Of a DNA stretch of 64,000 nt, positions 10,774 to 23,657 are shown one piece after another. Location of the stretch: assembly GCF_000150275.1 (NCBI RefSeq), contig NW_002060948.1, positions 5,254,336 to 5,318,335 of the forward strand, given 5' to 3'. The stretch is from Trichoplax adhaerens. Taxonomy: Eukaryota > Animalia > Placozoa. The number at the start of each line of letters is the position of its first letter. Positions within the stretch are counted from its first letter, which is position 1. Position numbers and translations under genes: made by a program. The notes beneath the pieces were generated by a model that searched no databases, was not told the origin of the DNA, and saw only the letters and a program-made list of their open reading frames with translations.

Positions 10774-12938
10774 ATGTCTCAGAATCCACCCCTCAGCGTT
10801 TCCGGTGATTATCCTAATCAAAACTATCAACAGCCTCCACCCATTGGCGCTGCGTCTGGCTTCCCTCAGCATGGAGATACTTACAGCGAACCAAATCAGC
10901 AAACATGGCAGCAACAACAAACGCAGGGATTGCCATTTCGTATCCCCGTAGTACCATTGAAAGTAAGCTAATAATAAATTTCTTACTAAACGTGAAATGA
11001 CTATGCTGTAAGAGCCTACTGACATATCCTGTTCATGCTTTCACTACCAGTTTGATGTTATACTATAAACTACCATAAAACGTTTTCTAGCTATTATGCT
11101 GCTTACCACAGTAGTAACAGAACCGTCATATGAGTATAGATTAAATGGATGGCCTTTTTAACGGCGATCAAGTGAAGGCCTATACTATTTCTCTGCTTAT
11201 TTATTTATGCTTAGTACTCACTGTGTGGTAGTAAGCTTAGCAATTCTAACCCGATACAAAAATAGTCATAATTACAATCTACTCTACAAATTGCAGAACG
11301 GTGAATGCCGTACATTTCTCTCGGAATACAGAATATTTAAGTCAGTTGCCGTGATTATTAAAATTGAGGCAGACAAGTGCTGTATTGCAAGCATCTCTGA
11401 TTGCAACATACACGTTGAATTTTAATCGCTATCTTCGCAGTGCTGTTTGATATTTTATTGCAAGTAACTGTTGCATATGTTCGTTAAGAATTATAAAGTA
11501 ACTTCAAAATCTACTAGCGTAGCCATTAGGCCAACCGCGGTGGAAAAATAGGATCGATGAATATCATGATGTCCTTGCAATAAAAATCTTTCTAGCTTGT
11601 TTATTATGTTGGCCATCACGTGAATAACTAATGTAATGCAATGCCTAAAATTTCAGTCACCTATCTGATGTAAGTTGTATTTGTTTTTAAACATTCAATA
11701 TTAGGTTCTTATCCTCATCGACTTTCTCCTAGTTGTATGGTAAGTAAAACGATTATTATGTATTGCATTACTCGTAGATTGCTACTGCAATTTTATTACG
11801 GTTATATTGAGATATTACTTATCTGAGATACTATATGACAACCTGTTTACAAATTCATGAACCAACTTTTGGAATGAAATGACCTAATTTTGAATGTAAC
11901 ATTCTTGAATTAAATAGGGGTGCGGAATATCCTTGGCTACCAGCGTCTTATTTGTTTGGGAATTTTACGGTGATAGCTCTGGGAATATGGTCTATTATTG
12001 ACGAGAAAAATCCTGATGGGCCGCATATGGTAAATAGAATACCAGAATTTTCATTGGAAGGATAGCTTTATTATTTGTTAGGTTATTTTTAGGATAATAC
12101 TTAATTTGCTGTTCTTATTCCACAGATGTTATTGACACTTACAATTACAATCTTGCAAGACATAATTATGGTCGCTGTGCGATATCCTGTAATAGCCTAC
12201 AAAATTGGTGGTACTGCTGAATTTCGCTTTTCAGCAGGGTAAAAATATGAAATTCCATGTGATATAACTAGTTGCTCTTACTACACAAACCGGATTGAAA
12301 GTACCACTAACTAGTCCAAATTGATCTTATATTTACAGAATGGCAATTCTTAATATAATTTTGAAGGTATTTGCAATATTAATCTATGCTAATAGACTAA
12401 AAAATGTATTTGTCTAATCTAAAGAATTGTACTTGATATCTGCAAGTTAAATGTCCTTAAAGATGTACACTTTAAGTGTTCAATGATCTGATTGTAATCT
12501 TACGGCGTCTCTTTTAACTTGTGTATGTGTCTTTAGCGATGCATGTGCTACAACAAGTTTCTGTTACAACTGTTTAATACTATAATATTCTTAATTTTAG
12601 CCTTTCTATTGCTTTGTCATATACGGGCATCTAACTGCACGTGGTGGCAGTTTGTTAGCCTCATGTAAGTAATCAATCGATAGTGTTATTCGCATTATAG
12701 TTTCATTATAGTTGCTTTGGTAATAAAATTCATTATTCTTTCATGAGCAGTTCAACGCAAAAATTATGAATCAATAGACTCTCCACAACAACAACAAGCC
12801 TTTGGTGCTAACCCTCCGCCTCAAGATATTGCTGCTTCCGCATCCCCTTATCAGGACACTTACAGGCCATATTCGCAGCCGCAAGTAACACCAACACTGC
12901 CGGAATATCCCGTCGATACCAAACCTCCTGTTGCTTAA
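10774..12938 (+). CDS. AGTRAP: Type-1 angiotensin II receptor-associated protein homolog; exons 10774-10962, 11705-11739, 11918-12029, 12126-12238, 12339-12366, 12601-12664, 12751-12938
   Basis: Spliced product ...VVPLK|VLILIDFLLVVW|GAEYPWLPASYLFGNFTVIALGIWSIIDEKNPDGPHM|MLLTLTITILQDIIMVAVRYP...FRFSAG|MAILNIILK|PFYCFVIYGHLTARGGSLL...YESIDS parallels AGTRAP motifs (NFTILALGVW, GMAILSLLLKP, RGG, YQTIDS). All junctions are GT-AG and in phase. Confidence 0.9.
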
Positions 12939-13840
12939 ATAGTCACGACAACCGAGTTAACAATTCAATAGCCGCTGCTAACAGGAATTATAGTATTTCT
13001 CAAACTGACTGTCCCTAGCTTCTGATTTCTTTGGTTACTATGCGAGTAACTCGTAGATTTATAATAGTAGAATTCCTAAACGATTCATTGAGTAGGTACA
13101 GTAACATTACGAGATGTAAATTGTGTATTGTAGAAAGATTGAATATTGACACTTGAAAATTCATGAAATCATACCTTAATCTGTGTAAACGAAATAGGCT
13201 GCTGGCAGAAAAACATAAAGTAGTACTGTCAGTACCTAGGTGTATACAACTATGCTATACCGCAGGTATTAGTATGGCATATAAATTACTGCTACAGTAC
13301 ATATAAATTTCCTATGAGTATATTTACTTTATTGTATGGAAGTCCATTGCTATACCGTATGTATAAAGGTATTAGCTAATGTCGTAAATATAGTATAAGA
13401 TTTGATACTGTTGCTGTTATAAAAATTTAACCTTTTTACTTAACATTCTTAATTAAGGTATTTTCTTCGCTTACAAGCTAATATTCGCAAGTATCAATTA
13501 TATTGTTTCGCTGAATTCAAAATTTTAAGTTTTAATTGTTCTTAATTTGTTAGTGTTAGTTTTACTATGTCATAAAATCTTTCTAACTTGCGGAGGAAGT
13601 GAAAAAAATAGTGATATCATAGCCATAGTTGTGTATGCCTGCCAATACATGAAATTAAATATTCAAAATTCATATTTGCAATCAACCTTACGTATTAAAA
13701 ATATGGATTACAAGTAGGTATAAATTGTTGATATTCTTCTGTGCCGTATACATGAATTAGCAATTAAGTCTATCGTTCCTACACAAATCAGTAATATGAT
13801 AATTACGGTATCTTTCTACTCACAATTTAAAGTATTCGTA

Positions 13841-13890
13841 NNNNNNNNNNNNNNNNNNNNNNNNNNNNNNNNNNNNNNNNNNNNNNNNNN
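13841..13890. other. Assembly gap (50 N)
   Basis: Run of n characters. Confidence 1.
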
Positions 13891-14385
13891 TTACTAGGTA
13901 GTTAATGCATGAACTGCACCATGTTATTCTACGTATTTATATATATATATATGTATATATCTTAAAATATTAGCACTTTATCATGTCAATGGGCGTTGTG
14001 GTCGGATAATCTATTAATATCATTATTAAGGAGCCTTTCCATCTTGCTTGAAACAAGCCAGAAACTTACTTTTGCTGATCATTCCTGAAAGGCAGTACCG
14101 TAAAGGCTGTACCGATCGATCTGCATTACTCGAATTAAAAACTCATTATAACGATATTGGCTTCTACACTTAGAGTAGCTGATAATTTTTAGAAATTTGA
14201 CGATAGATTGGTCTCAGACACTCTCAGTAGACTCTATTACCTGGATGAAATGTTTATTTATGGAGAGAGATCTACTTTTATGGAATAGTATAGTACGGAA
14301 CTATAGTACTATCTACTGTACAGTACAGTAGATAATACGATAGGTTTGTACTGTACCCTCCCTATAGTCAGTAAGTCAAAATCAT

Positions 14386-14482
14386 GACTTGACAAATGTA
14401 CCAGTATGTAGACTTGACTACTGTACCAGTATGTAGACTTGACTACTGTACCAGTTTGTAGGCTTGACTACTGTACCAGTTA
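14386..14482 (+). repeat. 25-bp minisatellite (~3.5 copies) just upstream of TTC36
   Basis: Unit tgtaccagtatgtagacttgactac starts at 14397, 14422 and 14447, with partial copies on either side. Confidence 0.9.
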
Positions 14483-14527
14483 TGTAAAGGACAGTAAGTC
14501 GATAACTGATGTGATAAAAGGCCAAAA

Positions 14528-15091
14528 ATGGCCGAAGTAACTTGTTCCGACAAGGATAACGCTGTGTTAAATTGCATTTTCAATCCTCACCTGCCGCTAG
14601 GTGATGCCTCAGCGGCCACTGCAAAACCAAGTGATACTTTAATTGATAGTGAATATGATTCGCAGTTACTAGAACGAGCGAAGCAATTAGAAGTAGAAGG
14701 GATCAAGCATGCGGAAAGAGGAGACGTGGCTAGTGCAATCAACAAGTTTAGTGAATCGATTCAGCTTTTGCCTAGCAGACCGTCCGGTTATAATAATCGA
14801 GCGCAAGCACTTCGATTACATGGAGACATCGATGGTGCAATGGCAGATCTTGACAAAACCATTGAATTCAGTTCTGGGAAAGGATTGTCTGCATCACAAG
14901 CTTATACCCAACGAGCTTTGCTTAAGAAATTATCAGGTGATGACGACGCTGCGTTGGATGATTTTAAACGTGCGGCGGCGTTAGGAAACGACTTTGCAAA
15001 AGCACAAGTTGTCGAAATGAATCCTTATGCTGCTATGTGTAACCAAATGCTTAGTTCAGCTTTTAAGAAACTTAAAGGGGAAAATTCTTAA
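14528..15091 (+). CDS. TTC36: Tetratricopeptide repeat protein 36, single coding exon, 187 aa
   Basis: N-terminal D-x-AVLNCIFNPHLPLG, TPR motifs (SGYNNRAQALRL, QAYTQRALL) and C-terminal AAALGNDFAKAQVVEMNPYAAMCNQML, all typical of TTC36. Confidence 0.93.
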   Translation: MAEVTCSDKDNAVLNCIFNPHLPLGDASAATAKPSDTLIDSEYDSQLLERAKQLEVEGIKHAERGDVASAINKFSESIQLLPSRPSGYNNRAQALRLHGDIDGAMADLDKTIEFSSGKGLSASQAYTQRALLKKLSGDDDAALDDFKRAAALGNDFAKAQVVEMNPYAAMCNQMLSSAFKKLKGENS

Positions 15092-17283
15092 AAGTGGATC
15101 CGTGATGCTTACCAGTGAAGTTTTCCAACTCGATTGTAACTAGCCAAGGAAGATACTATTTTGCTATCTATGAAACATCCACACCAATTGGGAAGCTTTA
15201 TCAAGTGCAGTGTTGACCTGGAATCCCTCCTACTCTATAACAAATTAAGTTTCGTTATCATTTATAAAATAGTGCTTTGTAGCAGCCTTATTGTAAATGA
15301 TTGCAGCTGATATCACAATGATAGTACAGTAGATGCACAGTACGTAAGGTCGTAAGATATTTTTACGATTCTTTGGATATTCGTAACTTTTAAAAGAGTC
15401 AAAGATCACTAATACAAGTATAGTATACATCAATTTAATTTGGATAAATGAATGATATGCAGTAGTTAGTCTTTATGTCTACTCGAGTAGGTAGCTTTTA
15501 AAATTTGACAGTGGCATTGTGAAGTATACCTACCATGGTAAGCCTATCTAAAATAGACAAACAAAGGCATGTGTGCAGTTAACATTCATATGTGATACGA
15601 TATAAGACGTTGTAAATACTGTACAATGCAATGAGTACCAGAGATGTGACAAATTTTAATAGATTTTCCTATTATCATGCTATTTATTCATTTACATTTA
15701 TTCTTAGGCATAGCGATCTGAATTGGTTGTAAAGTCTTGATACCAACCAAAGGAGATCGATTGATTGCCACAATTTTAGACTAGTCGATGAGAAATGTAT
15801 GAGTACAACAGTGTCAGCAACGTACCGTATTGATTACTGTTGTAACCTCTCAAAGTCGCAATCGTTGCAATCTGTTTTTAGCTCTAAAAGTTCTAGCTCG
15901 AAATTGATGCAAAATATCATTGAATTTTATGTTAGAGGATTTCTTTGAAAGTTAGCTGGTTGCAGTTACAGTGATGTATTTTCTAGGCTTTGCTAAGCTT
16001 ACATTGAGTATGTTAATTAAATATAGCGCCTTGATAGTGAATTGATAACAATAACTAATAAAGAATATTCAAAACGAACTTCCAACGCAAGATGGTACTA
16101 CTTTCCATTTCAGAACTCCAACTTTACAGGAAAGAGCAAGTAACCTTCAATATCTACGTAGTAGAGAGGATTGTAGTATTCAGGATGCTAACGAGAGGCT
16201 TAGCTTTGCCATCCTTCCATCCCATAGTACGAGTGCTGTAGGTGTATTATACAGTATACCTTACGGCTATCAAATTGAAAGTACGACTTATTGATATTAC
16301 ATGTTTCTTTCATACTATTCTACCTCATGTATCGTTAATGATGATGATAGCTACGGCTACTGGCCTCTAGATGTGACAAATGAAATTAATATAAACGAAA
16401 TAAGAGAATCTCCAATCTATATTTGATATGAATTCCATTTAATTTTATTTATTATTGAAAATTATTTAAATGAAATTACTGTTAACAGCGGTTCAAAGTT
16501 GTAATTATAGCTAGTATTTCAAAATTATAATTATTCACATTATCGTAAACTATAGAAAAGTATTTTTGCTATTGGTATTAATGGTCAGCGTACATAATCG
16601 TTATTAATTTACTAATTTAAACGAGTATTCGAATACTGCATCAAAGCAGATTCTGATCATGGTACTTGAGGAAGTGTGTACCACTTTTCGATTCTTAAAT
16701 GATTGTCGAGTAAAATGTTTACCTGAATGGCTACCTACTTACAAGTTATAATGCAATGATAGCGTAGTAGAGAATAAATACGCCTGTATGATGTAGTAAA
16801 GTCGATGCAAATTTGATGCAATACTATTGTAATCGCTAAACAGAGAAGAACTCATGGCTGAATTACTCACCATATAAGAAATTATCATCGTATCGATTAC
16901 ACTAGTAGATATAGAAACGTCGATTTGAGATTACTTATAAATATTTGTACATTTTGTAGGTAAGATTATAACATTACTTTTACAGACTTATCGCCCGTTC
17001 GAATCAAACTTACTTCAATATTATAAATTTTTAACTCCTAAGTTGTCGAAGATTTACTATACTCTATAAGAATCATAAAATTTCTAAATATATCCTATTT
17101 CTAATATTCTCCTATTATAATCGAAAGAATTTTTACTAGATATCCATAGTCCTTGATTTACACAACTCACATCGTTATTAGCTACTGGTAATCCTTTTTA
17201 AAGAGTGTCTATCATCTTGCCTACCAGTTTATGACATAAACGCAAAATCCAGTAATCCAATCGCGAATTTGACAATTTGAATA

Positions 17284-18695
17284 TTACATTTTTGCTACAA
17301 CATCAGATAATATAGCGGAATAATTTACATTTTCTGTGAGGACAGGTAAATCGATTGTAGTGAAACTATTAACGTCCATTTTCATGATCGCTAGGGCTGG
17401 AGGATTTAAATCTTTCTTCGATTCATGAAGTGATAAACTTGGGAAATTAACACTCAAGTAAGGATCTTCTTCATAATCAGGAGCATTCATAAGCCTGGAC
17501 TTTCTGGACGGCCTGATCATAATATGAATAAAAGCCTTATTTAGTATCATACTGAGATGTTAATTTGTAACTGTTAATGAATATATAGACTCATAGCTGA
17601 ATGTCTATAACACTGAAATCGAATACAATTTACGTCAAGACTATAAAAATTTGGCAATCTTCCATTCAGACAATTATAAAGTTTCTATATTCTCTTTAAG
17701 GTATTTAAATTAAGTATAAATCTGAATTCTATCAGGCATACAGTATATAAATAAGATTGTTTACCTTCCACGTTTAGTGGTTGGTGTAGACTTCTTATTC
17801 TGATCTTGTGCGCCATCAAATAAGCGAAATAAGAGATGCGGATCTCCATGAGTAATTTTTTTAAACTTTGCTGGGCGCGGTAAGATTTTTTCTCCGGGAG
17901 GAGTAACTGGTCTGGTGGATGCTATATCTTCGTAGCTGTCATGTACAAATAGTGGAGGTAATGATGTTGGTAGAGGCTGGCGCGATGTTTCCGAAGTTTC
18001 TAGCTCCTGCCAAAACGATTGGGGTAGGGCTCTTTGCCTCATTGGTAATGGCTCTGCATAAATAAGGATCACTTTATTATAGCAATTTACATAATTGAGC
18101 ACTGTAACATCCATATAAACTACCGAGATCAGTCTGTGTTACATATTTATATTGTCTATTAGAATACTGTAGAAAGCTTCAATAAACCAATTTGTCGATC
18201 AATTTGATTGTGTAGCAAATAGAATGTATTAATATAGTAATAATTTAGTCATCACACCGTTACAGTATGAAATACACGTGATAATATTTGATTTCTAAGT
18301 CTGTTTGAAAAAATGCTGTACTGGACAGTAAAATTTAAAAAATTTTAGAAAATTGATTTCATTTAGTTTGCAATAATGTCAAAATTCACCCGATCAAACG
18401 AGACTTATATTTATTACCAGTTTCATTTGTAAGGTCTACTACCCTATGCTAAATAATAGTGATATTATTAGTGTGCCGTACCTTTCATTCGTCGAATTCT
18501 AAGAGAGTGCTCTCGGCATTTCTTTCCTAAGGTCGACGGCGGTTTTTCAATTTCAGATTGTTTCTTCTTAATTTTATCTATGCGCGGAAGTTTGATGTAT
18601 TCTAAATCCGTATTAATGTCAAATTGAACGGGTTCAGACTTGCTGTTATTTCTCCTATTACTATTACTTGGGTTTGAGAGTAGTTTTAGCGACAT
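17284..18695 (-). CDS. Uncharacterised 243-aa protein with a YAP/FAM181-type TEAD-binding omega-loop motif and an AT-hook-like motif; exons 18695-18482, 18053-17765, 17512-17284
   Basis: Three ORF-track segments join via GT-AG in phase (1, 2), giving ...RIRRMKEPLPMRQRALPQSFWQE...DPHLLFRLFDG...KRGRPSRKSR...EEDPYL...NYSAILSDVVAKM*. Confidence 0.8.
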
Positions 18696-20230
18696 TCTCG
18701 TCTAATTGACAACGTTGACTTCTTTTTTGCTTTCAAAAGATGATATAAAGATGATCTGCAAGCTGAATTAAGATGATAGAATCAGGCCAATAGTCAATGT
18801 CTCTTAGCGTAAAATGATAGTAACTTTGCATCAAATGTTTTTAATGAACACGTAGAATGGTTAATTATAAAATTTTTTATTGTTTTTGTATATCATCAAG
18901 TATCTATCCAGTTAGGATAATATAACAGCTTGAGGCATATCTTACCAGAATATTTCTATAGCAGTCAATTAATATGATCGATAGGAAAGAAGATTTTAAA
19001 GCTGAAATGTTGATGGCATTCGGCAAAATCAGTAGTAATCGACGCCTACAGGGAGCAAAAATATCATTAAATGGCCACAATGTACGTTACTATTTATGTT
19101 GCAAATATGCAGCGGATGTCATTATAATTATCATTTCTTACCTTTAATTTCCCGGCAAAACACGTCTTAGTCTATTGCGTTTTCAACTTTCAGCTGTATC
19201 AAACACTACTATATTTCAGTATAGCCTTTCGAAGATGACTCATAGTCAATTCATTTCAATTACAGTATTATTATAGTGCCTTAGCCAATGATATTCACGG
19301 CATAGAAAGAGTGTGCTATAGCCTGACAAAGAAATTGTTTAGGCGTTGCCATTACAACGAATAGCAGTTAGATGATGTAATTGCTATATTAGGGCTGCTT
19401 GCACTATATCTGCGCAATCGCCATCACCTTTATCTTAGATGATTTTATTAGTATTAGTCATATATTTAAAGGGATTTAATGAATGTTGCATGTTAAAAGT
19501 CAAGAATTGTGGGATAGCTTTGTGGGTTAATGTAGATATTAGTTACTTATGCAATAGTTTGGTATAAGCTCGATAAAGAACATTGCAATTATTCAAATCT
19601 ATCTACTAGTACTACGCTAACATCAGGTACAATATACTAGATGCTTCAAATCGTATGAATTTGCTCGAGACGATCTATTCTACTTTTATTCCATTTAGAC
19701 GTTATAAATATATTTTTACTAAATTGTACGTATCTATTTCAAGTAGCGATAGAGTCATATAAATAATGCAAGTGAATTAGATAGACGTATAAAATACTAA
19801 TGCTTTTATTGTAGGATAATGTCACGGTATGAACCTCCGTGAAGGGCAAATGATTAAATTTAGTGGTTAGCATTTATATACGGAGATAATTAATAATGAC
19901 TTACAATAAGAATTACAGTTGTTATTATTTTGTTGCAGAAAACTATGCTGTACTATATTAAAAGCTCTTATACGGTAACTAATGTTAATTGATTATAGTG
20001 TTATGTCTTGTAACACTTATGATGAATATCCTGAAGATATTTAATTATAGATGATGCTATAAATAATTCTTTGCATGGACATACTATAATCTAGTTGTCT
20101 AGAATCGTTCAGTACATGTCTAAGATTATGAATGATTTCTGTATTAATTTAGCTATCCAATACGAACTAAATTTCATGAACTGTTATCGCTCATACAAGA
20201 TAACAGCTACCGAAGGGTATTGAAGCTCGG

Positions 20231-20385
20231 CAGATAGTTGAATAAAAGAAGAGTTCTATAGTTGTTTAACGTTGAAGCAAAGGCGTCTAAATTCTTGTAA
20301 GATAGCTAAGGGATGCTAAATCCCAGAGACTATAGTAATTTAGAGATTTATTTTACGTTAGCTTTGTTACGAAGCTGGTTTGCGA
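20231..20385 (+). repeat. Dispersed ~155-bp repeat, copy A
   Basis: Shares cagatagttgaataaa, cgtctaaattcttgt, gagactatagtaatttagagattt and acgaagctggtttg in the same order with 26964-27124. Confidence 0.9.
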
Positions 20386-21563
20386 TAGATAGGCAATATA
20401 TTTTATATAGAAAATGATATGTTTGTTTATCATTCTACTAAATTAATCATTCAACTATTCTACCTGGGGTCAAATAAGCTAGTTTTATGTGATAATATAT
20501 ATTTTTTCTTTATTGCTATCCGTAATAAGCGCACGTCGTCATTAAATAGTTGCATATACATAGTAGGTTGCGATTTGAAGTAACATACTTAATTATAGAT
20601 TGTATACTTGTATATTTTGCGTATTTGTAGAATAATTGCAAAGTATATGCTCTCAATATTGCTGTACTTGTTTACTATACCTGACAATACTACTACTTTT
20701 ATTAAATGCAGATAAAAAGAATTAGAAGCCCATAGTTATCATTATAGAACAAGAATGAATTTTTAAATCATGACGTAACAGAAATATAATTACAGTAATG
20801 CTTGGTATTTTCATATAGAATAAATCTAAGTAAAGCTAATAGTCAATCGTGACCCGATCGAAATTTACCGTACTTCATTCGCTATATATTTTGGTCAAAG
20901 TTCTATATAGCGTTACAAACTGCGATCAAGGTATGCTAAAATTTTTATTGACTTTCGGGCTAATCAATAATCTGACTTCAAACTTATACGCTATAATTTG
21001 TTATTATCCCAACTTAGTAGTAAGTAATATGTAATACCTAAAACCAGTCGTATGTCAATAACTTAAATCTTACTTTACTTTAGTACTATTATTTAGCCTC
21101 AAGAAGTTTCATTAAATTCCAGAAAATTTAAGAAAAATGACGTGCTAATTTAATATGTCGAATACAAAGAAGTGAAGCATTATAAATGAAGTTGTTATAA
21201 AATCGTGAATATCAGAAATTAATCTACCATTCTTTGCAATATATTTACGGTGATACTTACTTACGCTGGAATTTAAATGATTTGTACATAGTTATCTACT
21301 AATTGCCGCATTGATAATGAAATTTCAAAAATTTTCCCATTTCTTAAGCTCAAAATACTGCTAATTGATTACGAAATTTAGATAATAAAAATGAATATAA
21401 GGCTGCCAAAATGTCATGTGTGAAACGTATAGGGCGGATTTCACGGCAGGCTTTTCATATTTATTTTCAAACCTAACTGTTCAACTAGGCACTTGATAAA
21501 AGCTAGTTCCTACTGCGGCTATTTAAATAGTAGCGGTAATTTATAATGTTAACATATTAAGGA

Positions 21564-23657
21564 CTAGTTTGAAAACATGCAAGTTTTCTGCATGATTATC
21601 ATAAATTCGTCTTTACTAATCTGACCATCTCCATCGCAGTCAGCTACATCAATCATATTCTGTAATTCGTGATCAGATAATTTCATTCCACATTCTCTTT
21701 CAGCTCGCTTTAGATTATCTAAAGTTATTTTTCCACTTTTATCTAGTATTTAACATATTAATGGCAATTTTATTACGTAAATTTATAACTTCAGCCGCCT
21801 ATCTAAGCAAGGTATTAGAAACTATATTTTAAAAGTGGCAAAACATGATTGTATCTACTTTTCAATTACAGGAAATTAAATTAAATTGTACAATATCAGC
21901 ACTCATTACATACCATAGTCAAATAAGTCGAATGCCTAAAAAATTAAAATATAAAATTAAAATTGCTTTCTAAAATTAATGGTAATAAATTTTACAGCTT
22001 TTAATTGGGCTTGATAAGTATTTCATGTGGCCAAAATATAGTTACTAGGCGAGGAACATGAACTATTGGTAACTACAAGTCTTCAACGTGAATATACAGA
22101 ATGCTGCTCGAGAATCGAGACATGTACTATCTTTGAGTATACCTGAGAAATTTCATCGAAAGTTCCTCTATCATTAACGCCTTGATCACTAATGAACTCC
22201 AGAAAGTCATTGAATGAAAATTGACTATAATCGAAAGCATTTCAATTTCATTAAATTTCCTAAATAATACCGATATCTTTGCGGTAAATGACACTCACTA
22301 GTACTTTATAATTAGTTGCAATACCATTTGCTTTACCGATATATTTATATACCTTTGCAATTTTAAATTAATGCATAATTATTGATTCGGTGATGTACGT
22401 AAAGATTACAGACAATTTATTTAACCGAAAGAAGGTATTGAAACATTTTATAATATTAATAGTTTATGATTATGCAAAGGTTTTGAATTTATCTGTGCAG
22501 CTAGTGTGAAGCTACCGCATACTTAAATTACGTAATCATTAATTTTCTGTGCATTCACTTTTACTACAGAACTTACAAAATCATTTACTCTACCTTGAAT
22601 TATTCACGCTCAGTTCTTATGTCGTAATGATGACATGGAACATTATTTATGCAGACAAACGCGAAATTAGTATGTTACAAAAGCTACGATAAATTAAATC
22701 AATATGCAATACGAACCTAGCGGAACATTTCGCCACTTAAAAGACAATTTTAAATGTAATGATTCCGTAAAAAACTACTGAGCTAATTTTATCATTAGAC
22801 TAGATCGAGACACAGAACTTACCCTGAACAGCGTCTAATTTTAACCTGTAGCCTAGCACTCTTAATGCTCGTTGCATTTCATGACATTCCAATGATCTAT
22901 AAGAAGAGATCGAATTGTAAAAATATTTTTTTATTAATTTGATATCTTAAAATTTTTAGTTTATTCCATTAGTACTGAATTGCATCACCCTATAAATTTA
23001 ATATCATAAAGATATCACTAAGAGAATGTTCTAATAGAAAATAATGTTTCTAATAAAGATGGGTTTAATACAATATTCGAATGTATAATTGTAGAGTTAC
23101 GAGATGTAATAGATACAACAATTCAAATCGCAAAATGCTTCAAACAAGCCACAGGTCTTTTGTAGAATTTTTAAATTATTATCATTATCTAATAGCTAAC
23201 AATTGCCAAAAGATTAGTCACAAATATAACCGCATAATGAAGATATGACTATCAGATGTTGATGATTAATGATCATTTAGAAATAGAATAAGTTTAACAA
23301 ATGCGATAAGCAGGCAATTAATGAAGGAAATAATATTACCTATCTTCATCGATATCAAATGCGTCAAAAACTAATTTGAGGTCTATAATTTCTTGGTAGC
23401 TTAAACGACTAACAACATGGTTTGAAAGTTTTGAAGCTATAGTGTGCAATATAATAATATGATATTAGTACATAAAATCACTTAATCAACATTTCCAAGA
23501 TTTATTAGGATTAGATATCAGAAAGATGAGTAATGTATCGTCGAAATTATTGATATGAATTCGTACAAAGTTCACCTGTTATTGTCTCTAACTGCTTTAA
23601 AAACATCTCTTGGCTCCATTTACCTTTATGGTTATCAACTTTGATAGATTCTATTTC
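21564..23657 (-). CDS. Centrin/caltractin-like EF-hand protein, 5'-partial; exons 23657-23576, 23436-23340, 22896-22823, [one small exon unresolved], 22224-22143, 21935-21914, 21742-21564
   Basis: Product includes LSYQEIIDLKLVFDAFDIDEDRSLECHEMQRALRVLGY, FSFNDFLEFI, DEISQAFDLFDYDKSGKITLDNLKRAERECGMKLSDHELQNMIDVADCDGDGQISKDEFMIIMQKTCMFSN*. N at position 12 of EF3 and the IMxKT tail are centrin-like. Confidence 0.85.

Noticed and set aside
11180-11230. Alternative AGTRAP exon 2 (LVLTVW)
   Set aside because: No in-phase acceptor; 11705-11739 fits both phase and homology.
14709-14984. 91-aa ORF inside TTC36, and similar shadow ORFs at 10759, 37625, 37833 and 52697
   Set aside because: Alternative-frame or antisense shadows of real CDSs.
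17284-18695. Calling this gene YAP/Yorkie or FAM181
   Set aside because: There are no WW domains or evident LATS HxRxxS sites, and similarity to FAM181 is limited to the omega-loop, so no symbol was assigned.
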